NCBI GenBank assembly: GCA_035084275.1 | Contig: CM068755.1 | Coordinates: 12,276,001 to 12,340,000 of the forward strand | Length of the DNA: 64,000 nt | Direction of reading: 5' to 3' | DNA from: Hydrolagus colliei | Lineage: Eukaryota | Part shown: positions 34,179-46,740 of the stretch, one piece after another | Layout: each line of letters starts with the position of its first letter | How positions within the stretch are numbered: the stretch's first letter is position 1 | Notes under the pieces: generated by a model | Told to the model about the DNA's origin: nothing | Databases searched by the model: none | Seen by the model: the letters and a program-made list of their open reading frames with translations, nothing else | Position numbers and translations under genes: made by a program

Positions 34179-34950
34179 ACACTAGAATTCAATTAATTCA
34201 AAACTCTGATACACAAAATACACTGCACTTTATACTAAATATTGTGGAGTCCTCCTGACATGAAAGGCACAATACTAAATGCAATTATTTTTATCAAGGA
34301 AAGCTAGATGCATTTTTAAAGAGTAGCATAAATTACTACTGTAGTTTGAATCTGGACACATGGAAAACAATGTAGCAGTGTTTCCATTCACAGTGAAATG
34401 TGACTTCTGATCTAGCACAAATCAATTCCATACCTTTTTGATTTAGAATAAATTGAACTGTACCTTCATGGAGGACAAAGAAACATCAGGCAATGACAGT
34501 AAATATAGTATGAATATTATCTCTATTGTTAAAGCACAAATATTATGTGAGCAAAACATTCCATTAGCATTAATATGGTAACATTAATACTTAAACTAAC
34601 CCAGAGTAATGTTACTGCAGGGATATTTTTAATTCGACATTCATCTGCAAGAGCTGCCTTAAAGTGATTTGAAACAGTAATGAAATAACTCAATTAATAA
34701 TGGGTTTATATTACAGGTCAAATTTTGTTTCTTTTCATATTGGGAGGCCAGTAAGACTTGATTTTTGAGGTGTATTACAACAGGTTTGGGTTTGTACAAT
34801 GTTCAATAGGCAGTCATTTCAGAACATTGCTTGATAATATTCTATGGTGAAAATGTTGCAGTTGCAGACTGGCAGCGGAGGAAATACGGTGCCCTGCAAA
34901 ATTGTGCAATGTATGTGCTTGGTCAAAATTTAGCATAACTCTACCATAAT

Positions 34951-35248
34951 GGAGTCCTATAGCTCAGCGGTTAGAGCACTTGCCTTGCAAGCGAGAGACC
35001 CGGGTTCCAATCCAAGCAGGGCAAGTTTCCTTACTTCACATGCCTAATAATAGTCCCTTGAAAAACCCCCCAATAATAAATTGGTTATTTCAATCCATGA
35101 CTGTTTGTGGGACACTGCTGTGCGCATTTGGCTGTCGTGTTTTGCCCACAAATATACAGTCAATTCACTTTACAGTTCTGTGATGTGCTTTGAGACATCT
35201 ATAAGACATGAAAAGCGTTATATCAAATGCCAGGATCATTATAATAAT
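34951..35248 (+). mobile_element. Best-preserved tRNA-derived SINE (Pol III A/B boxes, L2-type tail)
   Basis: GGAGTCCTATAGCTCAGCGGTTAGAGC (A box), tRNA-Ala-like TTGCAA loop, GGTTCCAATCC (B box), body TGACTGTTTGTGGGACACTGCTGTGCGC, tail GCTTTGAGACA..TGAAAAGCGTTATATCAAATGC. No tRNA acceptor stem, so not a tRNA gene. Confidence 0.9.
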
Positions 35249-36567
35249 GAAAAGTCATTTTGGAATAAAAGACCTTTTAAGTGAGAAAGAGATGAAGGAT
35301 GCAACTTTTTTTAAAAAAATGGATAACGTGACGTGAAAGGTGCTATACAAGTGTAATTTTGTTGTTGTTATTAAAATGAAAATAATACGCTTGTCATATA
35401 TTCAACCAAATACTTTACTTTGTAAAAGTAAAATACAGTACAGTACAAGGTATCGAAGTTGCAAAATAGGTTTGGATTGTTTCAGCAGCAGAATAGAACT
35501 GGAAACCAAATATTTAGTCTAAAATAAGGCCACAAGTTTTAAAGCTCAAAGAGCAAGATGTGATAAATATTATTTTCATTTCAAACAAATGGTAACATTC
35601 AGGTGGTTGAACTTTTGGGTTTTTTTGATGTCTTGTATGAAACTGCCCTCATTTCACAATCAAAATTTAATGTGAATTTGATTTGTGCACTTAATTCTCC
35701 TATGACTGTGAAAACATGTTGCACAAAACCGGCCTTAACATGGATTGTGTTTCTTCTGATTCTGAACACACAAAGAGAAATAAATCTTTGGAAAAAGTGG
35801 GAAAGATTATATATTAATTTCCATTTCACTGTATAAAATGGTTGGAATGGAAGTGGAGTAAGGAGTTATAATCTCAAGCGTAGCAGGTCAGGTCTCTGCA
35901 CAATAAAAAATAAAATCATGGTTACTGTTGTTGCCAGACAGTTAGCACATTCAAAATGGAACCTCGAAAGGTTGACAGCACTGAACAGATTGCAGTGTAC
36001 TTTTAAATGGAACCATGCCCTTCAAAGAAAATAGATTTTTAAGAAATCAGTTTTTCGTGAACCGTGTGTTTGTGGGGATGGGGGGGAATCCATTCAAGGT
36101 TTTCTGACAATGCCTCTTTTAGATGTCGATTTCTATTGTCGATTTTGCTATTCAAAATAACTATTTTCTGTGCACCTTCAGAAAAGCACTATTAAACGTT
36201 TCTGATTGAAAGGAACTATCAATGTTATGAAATTAATGCTTTCATTTCATTTTCTGCTTGGAAAATATTTCTTTTGATCAAACTATTAGCTGAACTCCTC
36301 GTGTTCCTTTTGCCGATTGGTGTGGACCATAATGGAAATAGTGAGCCATATAAACAAACTACTGTATATGCATCTTAATCCCTTGCTTCATCGTAGTTGC
36401 AAAGGAAACTGTTATGGATACAACACTTTGAATAACATAAATGCAAACAATGTATTTAAGCGTGCTGTTTGAAAACCGTGTTTAAGCCATAGTAACTTCC
36501 ATAACTCTTCAAAAGGGACCCTCTAAAATCTATTTTGTTTAAGATAGTGGATTTTATTATTTTTATT

Positions 36568-36735
36568 TTTAATGATAATAAACGTCCTTGCTTGGCCTTT
36601 CATATTGGGCGGATTTCTTAAAGCGCTTCACAGGATTTACTGTAAAGTGCAGCAACTGTGAATTTTGCAGGCGAATGAGACAGTCAATTTACACACATCA
36701 ATGTCCCACAAATAGTCATGAAGTGAATGACCACT
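36568..36735 (-). mobile_element. SINE 3' half
   Basis: AAAGCGCTTCACAGGATTTACTGTAAAGTG..TGTCCCACAAATAGTCATGAAGTGAATGACCA. Confidence 0.8.
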
Positions 36736-38709
36736 TATTTAATTATTTTTGTTTCAATCAGCACAAATGTATTCAAATTTCAAGTATGATAAATGCATTT
36801 GGTCTAAGTAACAAGTAATAAATCCTTCGCATGTAGCTCTTGTACCAAATTCTATTATTTGATTTATACGGAACTTTGGCAAGCCACAAAAGAACCAGTC
36901 AAATCATTCTTCTGTTGCTATAAACTCTTCTGCAAAGAAAATCGCATACATTACTATTCATTAGCACTAATACTGTCTTGATCATGAAAAGGCAGAAACG
37001 TTAATGTGCTATGATTCTTAAAAGTTTTAATGCTTGTAATTTGGCTTATTAAAATCAATGGTAACTTCTCACAAATGCTTTGTTCGCTCGTGCTTTCAAT
37101 GTAATGCAGACTGACAGCAATATTCAATAAAAACATTTACATTCACAATACCACATTGCTGATAGCACTACTTAAAATACCTCAGGGTTTGGCTGCCATC
37201 TCGTAACCAAGGCCCTGCAAAGTGACTGTATTGACAACGTATATAGAATAAATGAGCTTAGAAGTATTGACTGCAGAAGCCACATTTTATTCTTTCTCAA
37301 AAAGACCAGTCAAACACATTTCAGAAAAGAAAACCATTTTGAAAGCTTTCTTGTCTGCAATTCAACATAGATTTCTTATAGTTCTAAGTTGTTACAATAA
37401 ACTTTAGAAATATTCCAATAAAGAATGCAAAATGTGGTAGCTGTAGAGCTTAAGTTTCGCTAATGCTTTCTGATAGCTCCCAGCAAATGAACAATAGGCT
37501 GGCCTTGTTCAGGAAGTCCTGTCACGAAGAATGCTGGGAAGAGTTCCAATTGCTAATTGTGAGTGTTGAAACTTTGTTGATGTTAGGCTCTGTCCATCCT
37601 CCTGGGAGGACATATGCAAAAATACATCATTTTAGACAAGGTGAGTTTCCAACATCTTTCAAATGAGACACAGTTTGTGCTTCAAAACAATGTTATAACT
37701 CCCATTAGCTAGAATATTTATGAAGAGCTCTCTCTTTTCCTCTATCTCACTGTCCAACAAACATGATGAACAACAAACAACAGAGAGCCATTCATACTCC
37801 TTGGTGTGATGCAGCCAATCTGTACATTAGTCCAAGTAAAGAATCTGGGTTTAATAGTCATTGAGTAATAAATTCAAAAACAGAATCCGAGGCAGTTTAT
37901 GAACAAAATCTGAACCCTAACATTGTACTGTATTACAATCTTGAAATTTTTCTGCACTGATACACTCGAGGGAGGGTGAAATTACTCTTGTAACTAAGTG
38001 TAATGATGACAGAGTTAGCTTAGTATCCATCAATCCTGTTTCTTACACAGACCTTGAGCTGAACACTGTAGCTCAACATAATTTGATATTTGTGGCTGGA
38101 TTGACCCAATATTTGGATTGCACTGTTTATTATAAACGACGAGTGTACAATTAATGCACAGTTGACCTGCTGTACTTCTGCAACTACAGTTCATTTACCT
38201 ACTTCATGCAGCGATATTGGACATCCATAATTTTTAGATGTCCTGTACTATGGGCATATGCCATACTATTATGCCACTCGTGAGAAATGTTGTTGCCTAA
38301 GTAGTCAAGTAGTTGCAGGTAAATCCATTCCTTCCAGTGATGCACTACACCGATACCTTCCATCCCCAGCAATGGAATAATGTTATGATCAGATTTCTCT
38401 TACAGGAGTTGTAGATCTATATCTCAGTACTTGTGTGGATGATATGTCACGTAATCCAATGAGCATGGCCTCAAGCACTTCCAAAAATGCCCGATGGTGT
38501 TCTAGCCCATTGATGCTAAATGTTCATTGCTGATATATATGTGGTTCAGAAGATTGGTCGTATTGTCAAAATAGTGGTTAAATGTTTGTTACTGATAACC
38601 TCTGTGTTCTCCACCTGACAATAAATCAAGTGAAAAGCAGGCCATGTATGGTGCCCCACTGCTACCTGGTTAACTTAGTAAAAAGTAGATTTTAATGCTG
38701 GTTGGACAA

Positions 38710-38812
38710 CTCTGAGTCAGTGCTGGGTGTGCTGCATTGTTGGAGTTGCCAGCCTTAGGATAAGGCGTAAAATGAGGTCCTGTCTGCCTGTTCAGATAAG
38801 GTCCCATGGTGC
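38710..38812 (+). mobile_element. Deu-domain SINE fragment
   Basis: CTCTGAGTCAG..GTGCTGCATTGTTGGAG..GAGGTCCTGTCTGCCTGTTCAG..TCCCATGG. Confidence 0.7.
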
Positions 38813-38849
38813 AAATTATACTAATTCAAGATGGATATAAGAGGGAAAG

Positions 38850-39133
38850 CTGCAAATCACATCATGCCTTAGCACCTCCCTACCTCTCCGACCTGCTTAC
38901 CCACCCCCCACCCCCAATTCTCTACCCAACCCCCCCACCCCACTTCACTGTTGGCCGCTGTGTTTCCAGCCATTACACCATTGCCCTCTCCTTGTCCACC
39001 TGCAAATCACACCCGAAGGCCTCCCTCTTCTACTGTGCCTCTCCTTGGCTCTGCTTTAAGCTCTGTCACTGTTCAGGGCCTGAGATTATACCCTGCATTA
39101 AATGGACTCAATAAATTGCAGGTTGTTGTTGTT
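38850..39133 (+). mobile_element. L2 LINE 3' end
   Basis: KSHHALAPPYLSDLL..TVGRCVSSH translation, ending ATAAATTGCAG(GTT)n. Confidence 0.75.
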
Positions 39134-40059
39134 TAAACAATATGGGAGTTATTTATTTATCGATTTTTAAAATTATATAAAATAAGGCAAATCTTTAAAT
39201 ATCCTCTATTTTAATAAATGCCAACTGGCTTATCCCGAGTTCAGGTCATGTAGAGGAACATGAGTTCAGAGTTTTTTTTAAAAAAAAAGTAAGGAAATTA
39301 CGTCCCCATTAAAAATGATTGTAGTGGAAATTATGGAATTTGGGTAATTGCTTTTCTCTTCCTCTCCACCTCTTCCTTCATTTAAATGAAATTATTTTCT
39401 TCCTTTTCATAATATTTTTGCAGTTTTCTCAATTTGTATTTTACCAGATGCTATTCCCAGTCAAGCACTACATTTCATGCTTGCTGACAAAGGGTTTAAG
39501 TTCTGGCTGCTGTTACTTTTCTGAATGTCAACATTTTCCTGTCCTTTATAGTTTCATAATTTGTGGTAACCTTTCAACATGTGGTCATCCTATAGAAGGT
39601 GCTACGTGAAATGCAACGATTAAGGTTATTATTCAATTATTTGTGGAAAGGTTGATTTTGGCATTGAAGCAGCTAAGGAGACAACCATGCCAGAATTAGG
39701 GGTGTTACATACTATATTCCTTCATATAATGTTCAACTCATAAAACCCATTGCAGAGGTTTTGCATAAATCTATTTTCCATAGAGGATGTTAGTTTCCTC
39801 CTTTGTCAAAAATAGGATAAAAACTATGACGTGGAACATGTAATTATGAAGACACTTGTAGTGCAGCAGCAGAACACTTGGAATTATATTTCCTATCTCT
39901 CCCCCGCACCACCCTACCACCCTCCCCGTCCGCACTAGTTAAGCCAAGTAATGAATTAAAATATTGGAACATAGTGAACAGGCTTATTCTAAAACCCAAA
40001 TATATAACGGCTAAAATTGGTTCAAAGCGATAGAAAAACTATTCTAAGCTTTTCTTTGC

Positions 40060-40560
40060 ATTTTCATATCGCCGCTTCATGTCGATCCGCAAAGAATAGA
40101 TTAAAGTGACCATAGCATAGCCAGCCACATGAGGCAACAATCCCAACTGTCAAACTAGCTCTGATGATTGGATCAACTCTGATGAAATAAACGCTGACTG
40201 CTGACTTTTGCAATTTCACGCAGAGCCTCTGTGTCACCAAAGTGCCTTTTCCAAGATTGAGATATTTGTGAGCTGTCATCTTTGATAAATAACTGCCAGG
40301 AATGAAGCCACAGCCCTTGGCTCCAAATTTAACAAGTCAGGACTGAGTCTGCAGAAATTCATCACATGTGATAGGTGATTAGCAGTGAGATCATCCCCGT
40401 AACGTTACCCAGAAGACCGAGTGTCAGATACAAGTGGCAGAGGCTGCAAGAGATGCAAATACATTTGAACAGAAGCGGTGACAGTCTAAAAAACACTTCA
40501 TTCATCTTTGCAAATTACACTGGGGCCAGGAATTGACAGCATCTTTGTGGCATTTCCGTG
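40060..40560. promoter_or_regulatory. Candidate conserved non-coding element
   Basis: ~500 bp of unique sequence with repeated TGACAG/CTGTCA (TALE), CTTTGAT (TCF), octamer ATGCAAAT, palindromic GTAACGTTAC and retained CpGs. Confidence 0.35.
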
Positions 40561-41119
40561 AAATCCTCTCTACCTACCGTCCTACTAATCGAAGGCAAGT
40601 GGTTAGAAACAGCTATAACATTGTCTTATAAGTGATGCCACCCCGCAAACTATTCTTGATGTTTGCACATTTCCAACAATCACAGAGTTAGCTTGGTCTG
40701 CAACAACTTGTAAATCTCAAACCCTTCCCATCTTTCACTTATAACCTACGTGTTTCCAAAAAGATTATATTTCTTTTTAAAAAGCCATGAGCCTTTTTCA
40801 GACTTCACCACAATTTTCATATCTGTCGGTCACTGTGTGTGGGATCTGTAATATCTCACTTACACAGATGAAATCTTCTGAAGTGTTAGAACACTATAAA
40901 AATGAAGTTAACATTGAATCAGGAGCTGCTTTGATATTGGAAACATGATTGTCCAATTGGTGTATATTTTTCACGAATATGTGCACTCTAGATAAGTTCC
41001 TATGTGTACAGCCAGCCTACATGGCTGCTTAGCCCTAGAGCGGTAACTGAGGTGCATGTGCAGTTTATTGAATAGATTTACTTTTTCTCACACCACAATG
41101 TCACATTAATCATTATATT

Positions 41120-41480
41120 TTAAACTATAAATAGTGCCAAACGTTTACAATGGATTAACGTTTTCATAAATCTTCATTGCTTTGCCCTCTGACTCCACTC
41201 GGACTTTCTCGTGATCCATCCAATGTGAATATGAACTCCTCTGAGATTTCTGGGGCACAATATTCCCTTCGTATATGACAAAGGAAGGGATGTTCTGCCT
41301 CTGGTACATGTGTTGCTCCACACTGAGCCAGAAGAATTGAAGACATGCTGTTTGTCTACGGTGCACATTATGTTTTCTTGTCCCTAGAGGGAGATGTTCC
41401 ATTGGCATGAGGCAACGCATCAAATGGTTTGATGAGCAAACGAATGGCTTCGGAATCCGAGCGCTCTGACCTTATGCATG
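41120..41480. promoter_or_regulatory. Candidate enhancer block with MEF2 site
   Basis: Consensus MEF2 CTATAAATAG at 41125-41134, EBF-like TCCCTAGAGGGA, CATCAAA, retained CpGs, no repeat similarity. Confidence 0.3.
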
Positions 41481-42565
41481 CTCATGCAAGACATATTAGG
41501 CTGATACAATTTTTAAGCAATTCTAATCATTTTAGGCCTCTTTAGCCTTCTTCCCTTGTAAAACTGCATGGTTCACACCTGCCTCGAGAACACACTTGCT
41601 ATTCAAACACAAAGCTACGCTGAGTATTGAACCCATCAGTGCAGAAGTCAATTTGTTGCAGAATGGTCCAGGCAGGATTTTTCCAGTTATTGGCCTTTCA
41701 TTTGCTCTTTGCTGCGTTCATACCTCAGAAGTGACAGTGGTCTACAGAGCGGCCTGTTTTGCACAGACCCAACATGAGAAAATATGTTTGCAGAATTCTT
41801 TTGTTCACCAGCATGCTATTACAAATCACAATGAGGCACACGGATGCAATGCAACAAAAAATGATGCATTGCTTTGCTAGTTAGTCTCCCATTACACACA
41901 AATAAGAGTTGCTAAGATTTACTTTTCCTTCCTTAAAAACAGTTGCTGTTTAACTGGCATGTTACAGGTGAACACCAAGTAAACAATAAACAAAACAAGG
42001 TTTCATTCTTATAAACTACATACAAAATGCAAATCCTTTTAACTCTTTTTGTACCACACATTACATTGTAATCATATTTAATAATCTAGTACCATCTGAT
42101 TATTACTGGTATTTTATTTCAATGATACCAAGCAATGATTTAAATATAGTCTTCTACATTTGATGTAAATCTACTTTGCACCATCCACTACTGGAAATGC
42201 GCAGCAAATCACCATGTAAACATTTCAAGGAAAGAAAGTGTTTTGCAAGCTGTAATCATCTTTCTGTGTTAAAAGGGTTCAAATTAATGCCTGCCACTCT
42301 GTTACCCACATCAAACAAGCTTAATCTTTTTTTTTAGAAAGACGTTTTCAATTAAACTACTGCATTAAATTAATCTGTTTCCACTTGTTACCAAGCTACA
42401 TAGAGGAACTATTAGTGAAAGATAAGCAAACCACCTCATGTTCTAAAAAGAGGGTGTTTCCAACCTTTTTGAAAACTATTTGATTTGTGATGAGAGCTGC
42501 CACCGCAATGAAAGATTCTCTGACTTTATTTGCACTCGCTGTATCTGTCTAGTAATTTGAAAATA

Positions 42566-42762
42566 GATGTGGCGCAGGTTAAAGCTCCTGCTACACTTTC
42601 CGAGCAATCTACGTTAACCTCAGGAGAATGCACCACATGGATGTGACATGTCGATTTCTCGTTCGGCCACCTTGTGACCTTTGTGATTGAGACTGCCAAT
42701 TAATACCAAATTAGGATTAGTTTTATGTTGCGGTTTATAGCTACTAGTAACTGGATAGAACC
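42566..42762 (-). mobile_element. LF-SINE-like fragment
   Basis: TAAAGCTCC..CTACACT..GAGACTGCCAATTAATACCAAATT..CTAGTAACTGG, homologous to 27748-28100. Confidence 0.6.
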
Positions 42763-42891
42763 TACCTACCTTGTTTTATGTGGAAATGCTCTTAGAGAGA
42801 GAGAGAGGGGAGAGAGCAAGCAAGCCTTTTGCTCTGTGTCACCCGAACCTCTGAAGTTTATTTTCTGACACTTTTAGGTCACCACATCAGG

Positions 42892-43206
42892 CAGAGGCTG
42901 AGGTACCACGGCGGGTTAGAATAAATGCCCTTTCACCCCTGGACCTGGATTGAAATCCATCCCAAGCTATTGATTGCCTCTTTCTGATGAGTGCAACAGT
43001 CTTACATGACATAAATTTGTCCAAAATTAACTCAATTGTTTACGATCACGGAGGCACAGGGCAAACATCCCCAAATTTAGCATTGGTTATCCCACCATAC
43101 TTCAGAAGACCATAACTGTGGTGCTCCTACCAACTAATTTAGCAACTCCTATATCAAACCTGAGAACATCTTATTGCTCTTAGTGTTGGGCAATGGCCAA
43201 GGGAGA
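42892..43206 (+). mobile_element. LF-SINE-like element
   Basis: GGGTTAG..TGCCCTTTCACCCCTGGACCTGGATTGAAATCCATCCCA head (LF-SINE-type CCTTTCACCTCT..GGTTCGAATCCAGCCCAG), followed by a degenerate body. Confidence 0.6.
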
Positions 43207-44220
43207 TGTGTGACATGTTTGTCACGCATCAAAGTAATCTTTCATTGTTTCTTTAATAATCCAAATGAACAGTATTATCTTAATCAAACATTAAGATGGT
43301 CAAACTTACATGCAACCAATTAATTGCATAATATATCCCTAGTTGAAAACAACCTGTGAAAGAAGCAGTTGTGTTTGAGTTTTAATTTGCTGTGAAACAG
43401 AGCCCAAGGAGAACCACAGCATATGTAAGAATTTCCTCTGCATGAAGATTCTGGCAGTGTACCTGTCAGTGCAGCTTCTGACAGTCTCTGACCTCAAACC
43501 AGACTGTCGCATCCTTGCATATATCAAGGTCTGTTGTGCAGTGCAAAAATTCAAAGGGGAGAGCTTTACCATGCGAATATATCTTGCACAACTGATCGAT
43601 TTGGCTGCTTGGAAATTATGATAGATTTGAGATTTTTCTATCTCCTTTGTTTCAATGGTATTCATGTGGTTACAAAGCTTTCTGTTTCTATTTCTCCTCT
43701 TGTCTTAATTTTAGATGCAGAGTGTTATACTACTGAACTCGCCTACACCTCAATATCGCCCCGAGTCAACTATGCAGTGTGTAAATTTAACTCAGATATG
43801 CTCCAGAAACAAACATGAATAAGAATGCAAGCGACTTTGCAAAGCTTTTAAAGATTTGAAACAGTATTACTCTGAAATGGGATCTATATTTCAGCATAAA
43901 AGTAGTTTTTGGAAGTGCACTTACAGTAATTTCTGGTTATTATAAAATACATTTTGGGTACAGTGTGCTAATTAACCAGGTATTTCCTCCACTTAGTTAG
44001 ATCTCGGTTCCAGTGCTATTAGCTCCACCATCTCTGATTCCAGCAAGTTGGATGCAATAACAACGACAGAGAGTGCATTATCAAGGCACATGATCACTGT
44101 TAACTTACATTGACATTGGTACTCTCATAATACATCAATCAATAAATCAAGTCCTATATGTTCTCTACCCAGTTAGTAGATGGTCGACAGAGACAGTTGA
44201 ACACTGTGTGGGTAAATATT

Positions 44221-44372
44221 GCTCATTCACTTCAAGGCTGTTTGTGAGACACTGTGTGCAAATTGGCTGCCCTTTGGTTTACAAATACACAGTCACTACA
44301 CTTTAATCAAAATCCCATGAACCACTTTGAGATGTTTTAGTGATATGATAAGTTGCTGTATCAATTGCAAAG
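44221..44372 (+). mobile_element. SINE 3' half
   Basis: GCTGTTTGTGAGACACTGTGTGCAAATTGGCTGCC..CAGTCACTACACTTT..CTTTGAGATG. Confidence 0.75.
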
Positions 44373-45462
44373 AATATATAATTCTTAAATTGATCCAACT
44401 AATTTTGCCACATTATACCTGTATAGCACTGAAAAGTGCTGGTGGTATAAAATATGGAAATTGCATAACTGTATTTTCTATGATTCTATAGTATATGCTT
44501 TACAGTGTTAATTGTGTTAATTTTGCTCTAAGTTCACAGCAATTTCTTGCAATTCAGTGAATTAGCTGACTAGAGGGATTAGCTAATATTTTCCTATACT
44601 TTCAGAATGTCTTTCTTGCTGCCCACATATGTTTTATTTTGACAGTTATGTTAAATGAAGTAGGTACAGTGAAGGGTGAAGCTCTGTCAATAAGATCTGG
44701 TGCACTCTCTGTGGCTAAATTGATGGCACCAAATTAGAACAGATTTTCAGACCAGACATCAGAAACAAAAAGAACCGGTCACCAGAACAAAAAGACAAAA
44801 AATGAAACAGCACAAATGACCTCGAATATTATACGGACAGAAATAAAATCCAAGAAAATAAAAGGCTCTGTTATAAGTTACTCTTTCATTGAAGAGCAAC
44901 TTCTCCACATGCAGCAAAACCTATTGTATAACTATAATTTACATATAAAGAGAAAACATCCTATTCTGTTCAAAGGGATCAGAGTGGAACTAACATCTAT
45001 TTCTTGCTATTTTCAGAGAATATGCCATTTGGATTAAGTTGTCAAAGTATCTTTGGAATTGAACATAGAAAAATGCAATTCCTGAATTAGCACTGTGGCA
45101 TTTTAGAATGTCACTTACAGGGCTTATGTATATTATAACTGCCTCACTGTGGCACTGTACTATTATATAAACCCCACTCATGCTGAATGGCTGATGGTTT
45201 TGTCATAAATCTATAGTTCAAGAAAGAGCAATCTAATTATTTTATGAAGCAGCCAAAAGGAAGTTTTGTCCTTACAGGTAAAAAAAATGATTGGATTTGA
45301 TCGATATGGTGAACTAATTGAACAGACGGTAGTGGTATCTATTTTTTTTTGCTGGCTTAAGACCAGCAGATGTGAAAATGGATACTAATAAAGAAAGAGA
45401 AAAGGGATCACCATTGAAGTTTGAATCAGCATTAAAAATTCTATTGTGATTCCATTCCAGAT

Positions 45463-45810
45463 CATGGGGTGAAGAGATTTGGTTATAAGTGAGACAGACA
45501 GATAAAAAGTTGATGCCTTTCAACTTAAATATCTGCAGAAGATCAAAAGGATGAGCTGGTCAGATAAAGGTAAGACTAGGGTATCCAGAACTGAGTGAAG
45601 CTGCTTGATAATGGTTATAACTTACGAATGGATGAACAAAGGCTGACAAAATCAATATTATATGCTGTAGTTGTTGGGAGTTGAAGAGTGGTAGACCTAG
45701 ATTGTACTGGATCAACCTCCATTAAGACAGATATTGTAACAGCAGTCACCAACCAGAAGGCATTGCAGAATAAAGCAGAGCGATTGCAGCAGGAAACTTG
45801 TAGCATGACT
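45463..45810 (+). mobile_element. RTE-clade LINE ORF2 C-terminal remnant
   Basis: Translates to KVDAFQLKYLQKIKRMSWSDK ... LRMDEQRLTKSILYA ... SGRPRLYWI, matching the RTE pattern DAF..CLR.IL.I.W.D / RM...RLPK.IL / GRPR..W. Confidence 0.8.
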
Positions 45811-46435
45811 TGGTGGAGTTGAGAGAAGTTTAACTAACTGGCTTGGGAATACCCATCCACAAACATGAATGACAACTCACACATTTACAAAAAAAAATTA
45901 CACCAACAGGAAATTTCAAACTCAGCGTATAGTGCAACTTTTAATGGCCATATATTTCTACTCTTGTCATTTCTTCAACCGATGGGTTTAAAATCTTATA
46001 GTGTTATCCCCTGTGTGTGATACTCTTGTGTAACAACATCAAATGCATTCTCAGTGTTAATTCACCTATCGGTAAAGTCACAGCATGCTGACATTTCCTG
46101 TCTACAGTAGTTAGAGGTAACATGGAATGATATTTTGATATCTGTTTTAAAAGTAAATAATGAGAATTGGTAACATGACTATGGGCTACTGAGGACTAGG
46201 CTGGGCTTGTCATAATATGATTTCATGGCAATATGACAATTATTAACATTGTTTCTTATAAATACAATTGCTGACATTCCCAAACATACAATTCATCAAC
46301 ATGCCCTTTGGAGGAGACCCATTCCTACTTCTTATCAAAATCCATCTGGTTAAAAATGGGAGAACAGCAGAAAGCAATCGGTCCCACTTTGTTGCAGTTT
46401 GTGGAGTAATTTCTATTCATTCTCAGAAAGAGACA

Positions 46436-46520
46436 GGAGTTTCTCTTGTTGTGCTTTGGAAACTCCCCCAAGTAAAATTGGTCAATCACTTCATGGCTGT
46501 TTGTGGGACATTACTATGTT
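46436..46520 (+). mobile_element. SINE middle fragment
   Basis: GGAGTTTCTC..AAATTGGTCAATCACTTCATGGCTGTTTGTGGGACA. Confidence 0.65.
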
Positions 46521-46524
46521 GTAT

Positions 46525-46740
46525 ATGTCATCAGGAGGATGTCTCAAAGCATTTCATGAATATGCCATACTGTGAAGTGTTGTGACTGTATTTTGTAGGC
46601 GAATGTGGCAGCCAATTTGTGCACAGCATTGTCTCACAAACAGTCGTGACCAATTTTATCTGTCAAAGTATTGACCAGCACATCGGGAGATACACCCTTC
46701 TCTTTTTGAATACTGTCACAGAATCTTTAACATCCAGTTG
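46525..46740 (-). mobile_element. Deu-domain SINE, inverted relative to previous
   Basis: GGAGGATGTCTCAAAGC..GGCAGCCAATTTGTGCACAGCA..CACAAACAG..CCCTTCTCTTTTTGAATA..ATCTTTAACATCCA. Confidence 0.8.

Noticed and set aside
34951-35025. tRNA-Ala gene
   Set aside because: It has A/B boxes but no complementary acceptor stem, and it runs directly into a SINE body found elsewhere in the window.
37587-37640. 54-bp micro-exon ending at a strong AAG/GTGAGT donor
   Set aside because: The acceptor has a poor pyrimidine tract and the peptide (ALSILLGGHMQKYIILDK) is unrecognisable. Isolated donors are expected by chance.
38150-38520. Possible very old minus-strand RTE fragment
   Set aside because: Only faint motif resemblance; I could not recover a convincing peptide.
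41262-41290. miR-204/211-like TTCCTTTGTCAT on the minus strand
   Set aside because: The seed lacks one C, the 3' half does not match, and the stem is only 7 bp.
45262-45285. Recursive splice site (TTTTGTCCTTACAG/GTAAAA)
   Set aside because: The reconstituted donor GTAAAA is weak, and the strand of any host gene is unknown.
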